Below are positions 24,852 to 36,478 of a DNA stretch of 64,000 bases, piece by piece; position 1 is the first letter of the stretch; every line of letters begins with the position of its first letter. Below the pieces are notes generated by a model. That model was given only the letters and a program-made list of their open reading frames with translations. It was not told the DNA's origin and made no database searches. Source of the DNA: Nemertoderma westbladi. Taxonomy: Eukaryota > Animalia > Xenacoelomorpha. The stretch lies in assembly GCA_032718475.1 (NCBI GenBank), contig JAUCBJ010006766.1:110075-174074 (forward strand), given 5' to 3'. The position numbers were made by a program, and so were the translations under genes.

Positions 24852-27800
24852 ATGTTCAGTTGTTATTTAATGATAAATTTTACCATTTTTTATAGTATAA
24901 TGATTATACTTAGTATATTTTACTGCGATACTCTATTTTACTGCAATGGTCGCTTTGAGAAATTCTCTGGTATGACTATATTTTGTGATTTCTGCTGTCT
25001 TATACTAATGTTCAATCAGCGCCTCCTATTTTCTTTTTTAATATTAACATTCGTAAAACTTGCGAAGCGGGGGCTCAAATTATACATCAAACCTGCCGTT
25101 TTTAATACGTCACATAAAGTAAAACTACAAATTATACATCATTGTTGTAATGGTTACACATTGTTACGATTGTTGGTTGTTATTATAGGTAGTGGAATGA
25201 TACATCCCTCCTCCTTAATAAAGTTGATATATATATTTACATATATCTCAACCAAATTTATATTTACTATCATTTGCAATTTAATTCGTCGAAAAATTTT
25301 CTCAAAAGTATGCATATCTACTATGTCGTATCTTAATTCATTGATAACGGGTGCATTACGGTATATCAAATATAAATCCAAAAAATACAAATTAAAATAT
25401 AATTTAATGGTATCGACACTCGTAATATGTAATATAATACTAGGACTACTAGTCAATATATCTCTTTATACTCAACGTAAGCTTACTGACAAATCTATTA
25501 CCTCCATACTGACTACAACTCTACCAATAGCAATACTAATATCAAACTTCATTTTAACATCACTAACAATAAGAATACTTACTCATCTATGTCCCACCAG
25601 TACTTCAATTAGACGTAATTTAAATACAATAATAATAATATACATTAGCGCGTGTAGCTGGTGGCAGCCAGGTCTCGTATCTCATAAATCACCAAATAAA
25701 AATAAAACTACCACTAACAATAACTCAATATGCTCTATAAATAACACTTCTAAATTAACTTCCAAAGCAAATATAATTATAGACATAATTGCACTGTTAA
25801 CTCCTATCCTTATACAAATATCTATAATACATGCTTTAATAATCTCTCAGCTAATTCATAGATGTGGAGATATACACCTAAACCCAGGACCAATCCTAAA
25901 AAAAATAAATATTAAATTAAATAAACAGTCAGAACGTAGGAGGAGTAGTAAAAATACTGATAATATTCGAGAACACTTAATTATAAATCAAAACAATCTG
26001 AAATATATGATCTTAAATACCCGTAGCTTAGTAAAAAATTATGACGAACTAAAGGATATCTTGTCTGGTATTTCAAGCAATATAATAATAGGTATCACAG
26101 AATCTTGGCTGAAACAAAGACACTCGAACCGCTCCATTGCTCTGCCGGGATTCAACGTTCATCGCTGCGATCGCAGGAGGAAACGAGGAGGTGGGGTATT
26201 ATTGTATATACCAGACAACATGTCTCAAAAAATACGTCCTGACATCAAAATAAAAAATAAGAAGGTACCGTACGACTCGCTTTGGGTTGAAGTAGATAAT
26301 CGATTTCTTATAAATGTTACTTATAACCCACCCAACTCAAAGAATTTCATAACAGATTTCAGTGAGGAAATCGAGAATGCTATTAACAATCCATCGACCG
26401 AGATTATAATGGGAGGTGACTTTAATATCGATATTCTTGATAAAAATAACATTAAAACAAGGGATCTCCATGAAATGCTTTCTAAATACGACCTGAAATT
26501 AATTAATAGCAGCGAACCGACTCGGTTTGGAAAAACAAAAAACTCCTTACTTGACCTCATTATCACCTCAGATAACAATCTACCAATAATTAACACATCT
26601 ACTCTATTTTGCGATTTTTCTGATCACGAAACTGTAATATTAAATACAAATATAAATTACAAATTGGACAACCAAAATAATGAAAAAAGTTGGAAAACTA
26701 TTAGAAACTTCAAACAATTTTCGGAATCAAAATTCATTGAGGACATTAACAAAATTGATTGGTCGCCATTGTATCACAGTCCGGACGTAAATTTTTGCTA
26801 TGACTATTTGGAAGCGAAAATGGAGGCCGTTCTTGATATCCATGCGCCATTCAGGAGAATATTGATTGTCGAGAACAAAAAACCGCCGATCAATACTCCA
26901 TGGTGGACGAAGGAGCTTGAAGAACTACGTAAAGAAAAAATGAACAAACTACAACAATGGCGATCCACAAAACAGGATTTTTATTATAAAGCCTTCAAAA
27001 GTGCACGTAACAAATATAATAATCTAAATAAGTATATGAAAAACCAGCACATGCGGGATAAATTTGGCACTGCGAAGGATCCAAAACTGCGGTGGAATAT
27101 AATTAATTCTATTCTAAATAAAAAAAAGGCACAAACCAAAATTAATCGCTTAAGGGATATGGACAATATTATTTACAACACTAAATCCAGTATCGCTAAG
27201 ATTTTCAATAGGGTATTTTTAAACCTAGGACTCAAAACATCAAATACTCCCCAGCACTACAATAAGGATTGGTCTAATAATACCACTTCTTACAATGAAG
27301 AATCGCAGATGCAGTTAAGGCCTGAATTTGCATTTTTCAACGTTAGTGACATGGAAGTATTTGATATCCTAAGCAAAATAAATATAAATAAACCAAATGG
27401 TCCATCCAGTATGCCACCTAAAATTATTAAGCTTGTTAGATACCAAATAGTTACTCCATTAACACTTATTATCAATAAATGTCTAACCACTTCAGTCTTC
27501 CCTCAGAAACTGAAACTAAGTGATATAACTCCTGTATATAAAAAAGGTGACATTTTAGACCCCGAAAATTACCGCCCAATATCTGTAACATCGACATTTG
27601 AGAAAATTTTCGAAAAAGTAATAATAAACCAATTATACATCTACATAAATAAGCATAAATTGATTAATAAAAAACAATTTGGTTTCCAAAAGGGCTATTC
27701 CACATCTGATGCAATTATTTATACCACAGAGTCATGGAGAGCACAAGTAGATAAAAATAAATTTGTGGCTGTAGCTGCTTTGGATCTCTCTAAGGCTTTC

Positions 27801-28970
27801 AATTCTTTAAACCACGCGATTCTGCTTAAAAAACTAAAATGCCTGGGATTACATCGGACCGCCATTACACTGCTAGAAAATTTCTTAAGGGACAGGCCAC
27901 AACGTGTTAAAATAAATGAGACTTATTCAAAATGGGAAACTATAAACAGGGGGGTACCTCAAGGAACGCAGTTAGGACCACTATTATTCCTTTTATATGT
28001 AAATAATTTAAAAACTTTCCTTGATCTTGATCTTGTGCAATACGCTGATGACACTCTGATATTTTTTTCACATACTGATCCAAAAATAGCTACGGCGACA
28101 CTAGAAAAACAAGTAAATGACCTAGAGACTACTTTTGCAAACCTACACCTAAACCTTAATACGGACAAGACAGAATTCTTACTATTATCCCCGCACAGTC
28201 GCTCCCCTGAAACTGACGATATAAAACTAACAACAAAAAATACCATAATACCACAATCTGAAAATATAAAATATTTGGGCGTCTATATAGATAATAAATT
28301 GAATTGGAAGTGCCAAATTAAATCCATATCTAATAAAATGGGACTGGCGAACTCCTGTTTGCGGAGAATCAAGGGCCAGTTATCTGTTAAAACTAAATTA
28401 AATATATTTAAGGCAACAGTTTTACCACATCACAATTACTGTAGTAATTTACTAGCGCCCCTACATAAAAAACATGGATATAAAGAACTATTATACAACC
28501 TAGATAAACAACAAAATTACGGCCTTCGCATAGTTTTCAGTAAAAAAATACGTGACCTGACTGGCACGCAGCTACGCACCTTAGCTAAATTACCAAATCT
28601 ATACTCACTTAGAGAGTACACTGGTTTAAAATTTTTTTATAAATATGTAAATAAACTATCACGCCCTTTCAAACAATTACAACTACCACTTTTACATACA
28701 AACAACACTAGAATACAGGGAAACCCACATTATACTACTAATAACAAAACTATTAGAAACACTACTGCCGATCAAATTATTAATTCTAGAACAGGAAATA
28801 TTAAAATACCAAGTACAAATAATGATTATGGTTTCTCAAGTATAATTGTATCATTAATAAAAATCTGGAACTCTTTAGATAAATCAACTAAACTACAAAA
28901 GGACTACAAATCATTTCTCAATTCAATTAAAAAAAATTTCTCAGCCAATATCATCGATACGACGGCATAA
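24852..28970 (+). CDS. LINE A ORF2: hydrophobic leader, 2A-like motif, AP endonuclease, reverse transcriptase
   Basis: CGDIHLNPGP at about 25863-25892; NTRS, ITESW, GDFN, SDH; NYRPIS, LDLSKAF, GVPQG, YADD, KYLGV. The true start codon is uncertain. Confidence 0.9.
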   Translation: MFSCYLMINFTIFYSIMIILSIFYCDTLFYCNGRFEKFSGMTIFCDFCCLILMFNQRLLFSFLILTFVKLAKRGLKLYIKPAVFNTSHKVKLQIIHHCCNGYTLLRLLVVIIGSGMIHPSSLIKLIYIFTYISTKFIFTIICNLIRRKIFSKVCISTMSYLNSLITGALRYIKYKSKKYKLKYNLMVSTLVICNIILGLLVNISLYTQRKLTDKSITSILTTTLPIAILISNFILTSLTIRILTHLCPTSTSIRRNLNTIIIIYISACSWWQPGLVSHKSPNKNKTTTNNNSICSINNTSKLTSKANIIIDIIALLTPILIQISIIHALIISQLIHRCGDIHLNPGPILKKINIKLNKQSERRRSSKNTDNIREHLIINQNNLKYMILNTRSLVKNYDELKDILSGISSNIIIGITESWLKQRHSNRSIALPGFNVHRCDRRRKRGGGVLLYIPDNMSQKIRPDIKIKNKKVPYDSLWVEVDNRFLINVTYNPPNSKNFITDFSEEIENAINNPSTEIIMGGDFNIDILDKNNIKTRDLHEMLSKYDLKLINSSEPTRFGKTKNSLLDLIITSDNNLPIINTSTLFCDFSDHETVILNTNINYKLDNQNNEKSWKTIRNFKQFSESKFIEDINKIDWSPLYHSPDVNFCYDYLEAKMEAVLDIHAPFRRILIVENKKPPINTPWWTKELEELRKEKMNKLQQWRSTKQDFYYKAFKSARNKYNNLNKYMKNQHMRDKFGTAKDPKLRWNIINSILNKKKAQTKINRLRDMDNIIYNTKSSIAKIFNRVFLNLGLKTSNTPQHYNKDWSNNTTSYNEESQMQLRPEFAFFNVSDMEVFDILSKININKPNGPSSMPPKIIKLVRYQIVTPLTLIINKCLTTSVFPQKLKLSDITPVYKKGDILDPENYRPISVTSTFEKIFEKVIINQLYIYINKHKLINKKQFGFQKGYSTSDAIIYTTESWRAQVDKNKFVAVAALDLSKAFNSLNHAILLKKLKCLGLHRTAITLLENFLRDRPQRVKINETYSKWETINRGVPQGTQLGPLLFLLYVNNLKTFLDLDLVQYADDTLIFFSHTDPKIATATLEKQVNDLETTFANLHLNLNTDKTEFLLLSPHSRSPETDDIKLTTKNTIIPQSENIKYLGVYIDNKLNWKCQIKSISNKMGLANSCLRRIKGQLSVKTKLNIFKATVLPHHNYCSNLLAPLHKKHGYKELLYNLDKQQNYGLRIVFSKKIRDLTGTQLRTLAKLPNLYSLREYTGLKFFYKYVNKLSRPFKQLQLPLLHTNNTRIQGNPHYTTNNKTIRNTTADQIINSRTGNIKIPSTNNDYGFSSIIVSLIKIWNSLDKSTKLQKDYKSFLNSIKKNFSANIIDTTA

Positions 28971-29321
28971 CATAAAACCAATTATGTGTGTAAGGATCAA
29001 TGAGGGATGCATTATTTGTTGACATTTATTTTCGTGCCGCTATCCTGCCTCGGGATGTGTCACGAAATTATTGTGTCTGGGTGACTGTGATGATAATTAT
29101 ATATTACCGGCAACTGTTTACTTAATTAATTAGCTAATTTTGTGTATTAGTTCAACTCCACTGTAGTCTTGGCAGGCGAGCCCCTGCAAGCCCTACTTGA
29201 CACTTATTTCCAGCTATTATCAGCTAAAGTAATTCATTACGGTGCTGCCTCATTTATATATATATATATATTTGGGTTATGGAAATAAAAGAAAGTATTA
29301 TTATATAAAGTATTATATAAT

Positions 29322-30680
29322 AAATTCATCCGCTTCGAATGTTTCCGGCGATTTTTAACCCCGTTCCGCAACGTGGATAGCCAATTTAAAGACCGCGCTT
29401 TGACCAAGCTCAGCCTAAGAAACTCAGCTGCAGAGAAGTTGGATAGCGCTGGATTTGCCATTTTCAAAGAGATTTGTATATCGAACTTGCACTCCTCTGT
29501 TATACAAAGACCTCGAATCCCCACAGGTTATTCTGTCGTGGAAATTCAGACAATAGGTCCACTTGAAGAGACAGACACTCCCACCTCAGCTATGCACTGG
29601 GAAGACGAACCAATATGCCTAGAATCTGAGGAGATTCAACCTATCGCGCCCCGGAACAGCGACAACGATTATATCCTAGAATGGTATCAAGGTCCACAGT
29701 GTCTCACTGCGTACGATTATCGCCATGCCAACTATGTTTCTCGGCAACGTTGTCGGTTGTGCGCATCGAGAGACCATGTTACGCCCATGGACACAAACGT
29801 CCGCTGTTCCTATTTCCAAGAACAACCGACGATGGAAATTTATTGCGCATATTGCAGACTCAATAACTTGCATATTTTTGCGGTTTGCCCTCAATTTATG
29901 ACTCAATGTCACCATTGTCAACTAAAGGGACACGCCAGTTTCGATTGCCCTTTTAATCACGATTTGGAAAGCGTAGATGAAATGATCACACTACGTTACA
30001 TCAGAGCTTGGGAAGCGAACGCTGATTTACATTGTGATTCGCGCCATCGCTATTATCCTGGACGCGCTTACGAAGGAGTTTATGCGTTCCATCCTTATCT
30101 ATTCGCTTCTGTCGAACAGAAATCACGCATATCGAGTTACGAACTACTGAAGCGCGTCGGAGAATGTATTTCAACCAAATTCGTACGCAAATTTCTCAGG
30201 AGTGTTAATCCTAGCGACCTTCATTCCTATAACTTAATCAATTATATCCGTCAGGATCCGGACTATGGAGACTTATTTGTTAACTCACACCCCGAGTTAC
30301 AGGAAGTATATCGACGGCCTTACGAATACCGAGCCCGCGAACGCGAGTTGGAAAGAACCATTAAACCCAGGAGGTTTCTGACTGCCTATGGTCCACCCAC
30401 AGCTCTCGTTCAGACCACTCGTAAAGGACCCGTAAGAGCGGCTGTCCTAAAACGCGCTCTCAAGGCCGTTAGACCCCTCTCCCCCGACGTTGATGTCAAT
30501 CAACCCGGCACTTCGACTGGCGGATACACCGACCATAATCCTACACCCTCTGATGCAATCATATTGCACCCTTCACCCAGGAGTTATAGCCCTCCTTGTA
30601 AAGTGGCTCGCCCCAAAGAGAAAAGGACTCTGGCCAGCTTTAAAAAACTGCGTAAACGCCGTCCGCGCAAGAAAGACTAA
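29322..30680 (+). pseudogene. Extra ORF of copy 1, 3' part (CCHC zinc knuckles, basic C-terminus)
   Basis: Resumes at KFIRFECF as in copy 2; CRLC..H, CAYC-X5-H-X4-C, CHHC-X4-H-X4-C; ends KKLRKRRPRKKD. Confidence 0.87.
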
Positions 30681-30750
30681 CTGTTTAGAGTATTTACGTA
30701 TATTAGAAACTGTGATTTTTGTATATTTATAGACTTGAATCCCATTTTCT

Positions 30751-30758
30751 GGGAGCGG
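30751..30758 (+). other. Polypurine tract of copy 1
   Basis: gggagcgg immediately before the 3' LTR TG; same sequence in copy 2 at 32148-32155 (-). Confidence 0.75.
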
Positions 30759-30863
30759 TGTAAAAGCTTTTGCGGATATAATCAGTCCCCCTGCCCGCAA
30801 AGTACCGTTGTAGGTGTTTTAACGGACATAAAAGTCATTCTTCTATATGTGTGCTTTGGCGGA
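30759..30863 (+). repeat. Truncated 3' LTR of copy 1 (105 bp)
   Basis: Matches 2885-2989, then is cut by the LTR end of copy 2. Confidence 0.9.
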
Positions 30864-32147
30864 TGTACGCGCTTTTGAAGACCTTTAGCAGTTTAACCTG
30901 CCAAAATTTATATGTCTTTTGGTTTATAAATATACTTTAGAAGATGACAAATATTTAATACCAATAAACACAACATTAGCAGAAGCCAGCCTAGTGCGCG
31001 TCCATTCACCCGCTGGATATTCCCGGGAGACTGGATTCTGAGGGCTTAGATTATTATTGCAGTGTAAGCTTACTGTACTGTATTATTCGATTGATCGTTA
31101 ATAATTAATTTCTGACTAATATTATTCACTTTCGGGAAATATTAACAGTTCCTTTAGGACGTGGCGCTCTATCTAAGTAAACAGAGATATGACTTATACT
31201 AATCACAACGGTAAGTCGGTAAGGCTTAAGATTCACGTATGAGGCGCATTCTTTAGGAAATGCTTAGTTATCAATCACAATCATGCACACTACCGGTAAC
31301 ACACAATACTGCTCACTAATTTGCCGACCGTCAATGAATTTTATCATATATAAAGAGAACAGCAACGGACCAATGTAGTGCTTATCAAATAGCATTAAAT
31401 TCACTACAAACCACAACAATATAAGTCGCAATCGCTATATATAACCCGTCTCTCTAACCTGTAGTGTATCAAGAAAATTGGGAAATTTGGGTTCTTTATA
31501 TATGTTCTCCAAATAATATTCAACCAAAACACAACAGTAAATAGCAGTATAATAATGTATGTTGAACCGATAATGTAAGAAACAAAGTATGATAAGATAA
31601 GTGAATTGATATGTTATGATATGAATTGAATTGAATTGATAACAGTCATACGCTCTATAATTTAAGCCTACTAATGTTTCTTCTAAAAGTATGAAACGAA
31701 TTGACTCTAGAGCCGTTGTTCCTGGCCTAGATAGCAACAACAAAGTATCAAGAAAAAACAGTAAGACAGAACACTCTCCTTATGATCGACCAAAAAGCTA
31801 CACGTCGACAGGAAAAATCGCTCTGATTGGCTCAAGCCAAACAAAGAACCATGTGGCCAATGGCTGTTTCCATGTCAGCAACCAGCTGTTAGATGTCGTA
31901 ATATGAATCATCACGGCTAAGCTGTGAAAGGTATTTGGTGCATTGCAGGTTTTTTGCCTTACCATGTCCGCTAAAACACGTATATAGCAGAATGACTTTT
32001 ATGTCCGTTAAAACACCTGTAACGGTACCTTGCGGGCGAGGGGAATATATATACAGTTAGAGAACCTTTTTTAGAGTATTCCAGCGCCTGGGGGGAAACT
32101 GGATTGCGAAGCAAAAGGACCAGTTATATCCCACAGAAGCTTTTACA
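30864..32147 (-). repeat. 3' LTR of copy 2
   Basis: TG...CA ends, preceded by the PPT; primer-like 11-mer at 31639-31649. Confidence 0.92.
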
Positions 32148-32225
32148 CCGCTCCCAGAAAATGGGATTTGAGTCTATACAATATACAAAATCACAGTTTC
32201 TAATATACGTAAATACTCTAAACAG

Positions 32226-35200
32226 TTAGTCTTTCTTGCGCGGACGGCGTTTACGCAGTTTTTTAAAGCTAGCCAGAGTCCTTTTCTCTTTGGGGCGAGC
32301 CACTTTACAAGGAGGGCTATAACTCCTGGGTGAAGGGTGCAATATGATTGCATCAGAGGGTGTAGGATTATGGTCGGTGTATCCGCCAGTCGAAGTACCG
32401 GGTTGATTGACATCAACGTCAGGTGAGAGGGGTCTAACGGCTTTGAGAGCTCGTTTCAAGACAGCCGCTCTTACGGGTCCTTTACGAGTGGTCTGAACGA
32501 GGGCCGTGGGTGGACCATAGGCAGTTAGAAACTTCCGGGGTTTAATGGTCCTTTCCAACTCGCGTTCGCGGGCTCGGTATTCGTAAGGCCATCGATATAC
32601 TTCCTGTAACTCAGGGTGTGAGTTAACAAACAAGTCTCCATAGTCCGGATCCTGACGGATATAATTGATTAAGTTATAGGAATGAAGGTCGCTAGGATTA
32701 ACACTCCTGAGAAATTTGCGTACGAATTTGGTTGAAATACATTCTCCGACGCGCTTCAGTAGCTCGTAACTTGATATGCGTGATTTCTGTTCAACCGAAG
32801 CGAATAGATAAGGATGGAACGCATAAACTCCTTCGTAAGCGCGTCCGGGATAATAGCGATGGCGCGAATCACAATGTAAATCAGCGTTCGCTTCCCAAGC
32901 TCTGATGTAACGCAGTGTGATCATTTCATCTACGCTTTCCAAATCGTGATTAAAAGGGCAGTCGAAACTAGCATGTCCCTTTAGTTGACAATGGTGACAT
33001 TGAGTCATAAATTGAGGGCAAACCGCAAAGATATGCAAGTTATTGAGTCTGCAGTATGCACAATAAATTTCCATAGTCGGTTGTTCTTGGAAATAGGAAC
33101 AGCGGACGTTGGTGTCCATGGGTGTATCGTGGTCTCTCGATGCGCATAACCGACAACGTTGCCTAGAAACATAGTTGGCATGTCGATAATCGTACGCAGT
33201 GAGACACTGTGGACCTTGATACCATTCTATGATGTAATCGTTATCACTGTTCCGGGGCGCGATAGGCTGAATCTCTTCAGATTCTAGACATATTGGTTCG
33301 TCTTCCAAGTGCATAGCTGAAGTGGGCGCGTCTGTCTCTTCAGGTGGACCTATTGTCTGAATTTCCATGACAGAATAACCTGTGGGGATTCGAGGTCTTT
33401 GTATAACAGAGGAGTGCAAATTCGATATACAAATCTCTTTGAAAATGCCGAATCCAGCGCTATCCAACTTCTCTGCAGCTGAGTTTCTTAGGCTGAGTTT
33501 GGTCAAAGCGCGGTCTTTAAATTGGCTATCCACGTTGCGGAACGGGGTTAAAAATCTCCGGAAACATTCGAAACGGATGAATTTATTATGTTCATCTAGT
33601 TTAGCGAGTTTGGTCCCAAGTATTAATGGATGGGCGCGTATAGTACGACTGCACACATCGGCTAGCCAACCGGCAAGTGCGGTGTTTTCAAAGATCGTGT
33701 ATATAGCTAAGGAGGGACGGAGTGGAACACTCATGAAGCTATACACGGCGCCAGGTGCGGTCAATGGTCCATCAAAGTATAATCGAGAATAATGGTCTCC
33801 GTATACCTGTTGATAGTTAATGGGATTTCCGACTTTGAAATTCCATCCGTATTCCTGAAAGGCAAGATGTCCGATGGAAGTTCGTTGCACCTTGGTAATG
33901 TTGCTAGACGTATTAGCATACATGGTGCGGAAGAAACCTCGACCTTCTGCCCAGGGAACAACCAGCTGAGTATCAACGAAAGGGTATGGAATGTCCTCCA
34001 TATTCCGAAAGTCGTTTTGGAGATCTCCATAAACAGCTGAGCCGATTTTAAGGATTCTTTCGTTGAACAACATCTCGAGTACGGGCTGGGGTAACATCGA
34101 TCCATCGATGCCCATGGCCGGTTTGCGTTCGGTGTCAATGACATAACGCTGCGCGAGTTCGAATTGTCCATGTCGGAGATTCTTTTGTGTTTCGGTGAGA
34201 GTTTCAAAAGAATAATCAATCAAGTCGGAACACGCTCGAGTAAACACGTGGGTAGAACCAGCTAATCCGCGGATGTGGATCATGCGCGTAGTTCCTAGCT
34301 CTCCGACCGGAACGCTACCTTCATTATCGTAGGTGACAACTCCATACATCTCAATAACATTAAGAGTTTCATTCCACTCCTTGGTGGCGTTCTCTAGGGT
34401 CATCCCTACTGGATGCCACAAGGTGGCGCATTGGTTAGCGTCAGGGAGATCACTATACTTCATATGCCGAGTGGTATACGTCTCCACAGTTCCATATCTT
34501 TGTATTTTCTCTTCTTCAAATAATACATCTAGATTCCAATGGACTAATCGAGTTTTAATAAATCCATCGAGGTTATAAGGAGGTTCTATATCTTTCTCGA
34601 TTCGAGAAATGTTATATGGTTTTCTAAATGAGTTTACCTTTACTAACTGATCCAGATGTTTCTGCAATTGTTCGAGTTCGACAATGTCTAGAGGATTTAT
34701 TAGTGGTAGAAACTTTAAATCATGTGTCGGGTCTTCTGGTTTTACCATATAATATTGAGTCAGATTAACGTAATAAGGGTGGTCTTTAATCCCGTAAAAC
34801 GAGTTCTGTAAAGGTCTAGCGCGTATGTTGACATCGTGTACCATACGACGGACAAGATCCGCTCGATTGTCCGGAGGTTCAACGAGTATACCGTCAACAC
34901 GAGCGGCCTCGATCGGCGGACGCTGTAACATAGGGGCTTCAGCGATAAGGTTTTGCGATCCTGTACTGATATCAACCGGTTGAGGTTGTATCGTCGCGAA
35001 GAGCTTGTCTCCGAAATGTGGAATCATAGAGGGATGACGAACGGTTTTAGAATAGAGGTCCGTCATGAGGATTTGAGCTTCAGGTTGGGCTAAAGCGGCT
35101 TCTTCTCTTTCTTCCAGTTTCGTGTGTTTCTCTTCGATTAGATTTTCTTCCGCTTGTCTCTGTAAGCGTTCATCTAAAAATTCTTGTAGAGAATACGTGC

Positions 35201-36478
35201 GTCCAAGCTCGATGTCTTCCTCGAGGTTTTGGATTTCTCTATCGAACTGTGGTAAGGCTAACTCCTTCACCGATTGGACTTGTTGTTGTAATTTACGTTT
35301 CTCTAAACAATCTTGTGTTCCCTTTCCGATTTTCTGTCGAATGGCGTCTAAAGCGTTTCTTATAACGCTCTCTTCGACTTCCGTGGCGGGTTGTATCGGG
35401 TTTAATCCTGGATGATTGTAAGGATCAAAGGGCGATATTAGCTGCCCGCGTCCCAATCCGGCTAAGTAGGATGGGCGGATGTCTAACGAACCCACTACCG
35501 GAGCACCACCGATTAATTGTTCGGGTAACACTAAGTCTTTGAACAGGGAATATAGTTCGGGAGGATCAGTGATACTGTTAGGATCAAGAGTTTGAGGTCT
35601 CACTAGGGAATGAGGAGGCCTGACCGAGTATTCCGGAACTCTGATCATGGGTTTATTCAGTGATCGTTTAAGACGAGCGATCGTGGGTGGTACGTCGAAC
35701 AGGTTTCGCTCGAAACTCCCGTAAGTGTAACGCGTAAAACTATGTTTAGCGCAACGTCTCCGCGGATGTTTGTGTCTTTCAGTTTGTTGGTTGGGTCTAG
35801 GGCATTCGTCACAATAATACCAAAGACGTATGTCCTGTAGAGGAAACGCGGGTGAACGTTCTCCAGTTTTGCAATATTCTTCCATTTGTTCAAAACTATC
35901 CGGGATAACAGGTAGTGGACGATCGGCGGTAAGATACATCATAGTGAAATAGAGCCGTTTGAGTTCTACCACAGGGTCGTGATGGATACCTTGAGGATAT
36001 CGAGTCTCTAAGTTCTGCTGACTAGTGACGTTGAGATAGTTTCTCTCAAAAATTCTAAGTATTCGTTGAAGTCGATGCGTTTATCCGGTTCTTCAACGTT
36101 TTCTCTTTCCAGTCTATTACGAATAGAATTTTCGTGATCTATTCTCGGTTTATCATTACGACTCCGCTGGGTATGATATTTAAATAGAACCATTTCCCTT
36201 TCTGTATCTATATCGTCCGTATCATGTAAATCGATAGGATGGCCGGTCGTTAGGAAGTCCATATACGTACCATTACGATTCGTATAGCGAGTGGTGAATT
36301 TTCGATAGTCCAATTCACGCGCAAGTTGCTCTTGGGACATCGGCGGTTCGATATAACGACCATCGTCCTCCGTAATGGTTGGATCGGCTTCACCGCGTAT
36401 TAAGCTATCCACAAATGCTTGTAAAGGTAGAGTATATCGCTCCCTAATACCAAGATCATCTTCTATCAACTCCGTCAT
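32226..36478 (-). CDS. Extra ORF of copy 2 (~1417 aa; DEDDy-like exonuclease plus zinc knuckles), one 1-bp frameshift near 36040
   Basis: ORFs 36008-36508 and 32226-35972 join; copy 1 reads gaaacttatctc where copy 2 reads gaaactatctc. Confidence 0.85.

Larger units (their letters stand above)
17477..29316 (+). mobile_element. LINE A (CR1/L2 group), apparently full length, inserted into the extra ORF
   Basis: Absent from copy 2; flanked by ataat (17472-17476 and 29317-29321); ORF1 plus APE-RT ORF2; aataaa and aaagtattat repeats at the 3' end. Confidence 0.88.
2885..30863 (+). mobile_element. BEL/Pao LTR retrotransposon, copy 1 (degenerate, nested LINEs, 3' LTR truncated)
   Basis: 5' LTR TG...CA, BEL/Pao gag-pol motifs, extra ORF, PPT gggagcgg, start of an identical 3' LTR at 30759. 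Confidence 0.93.
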
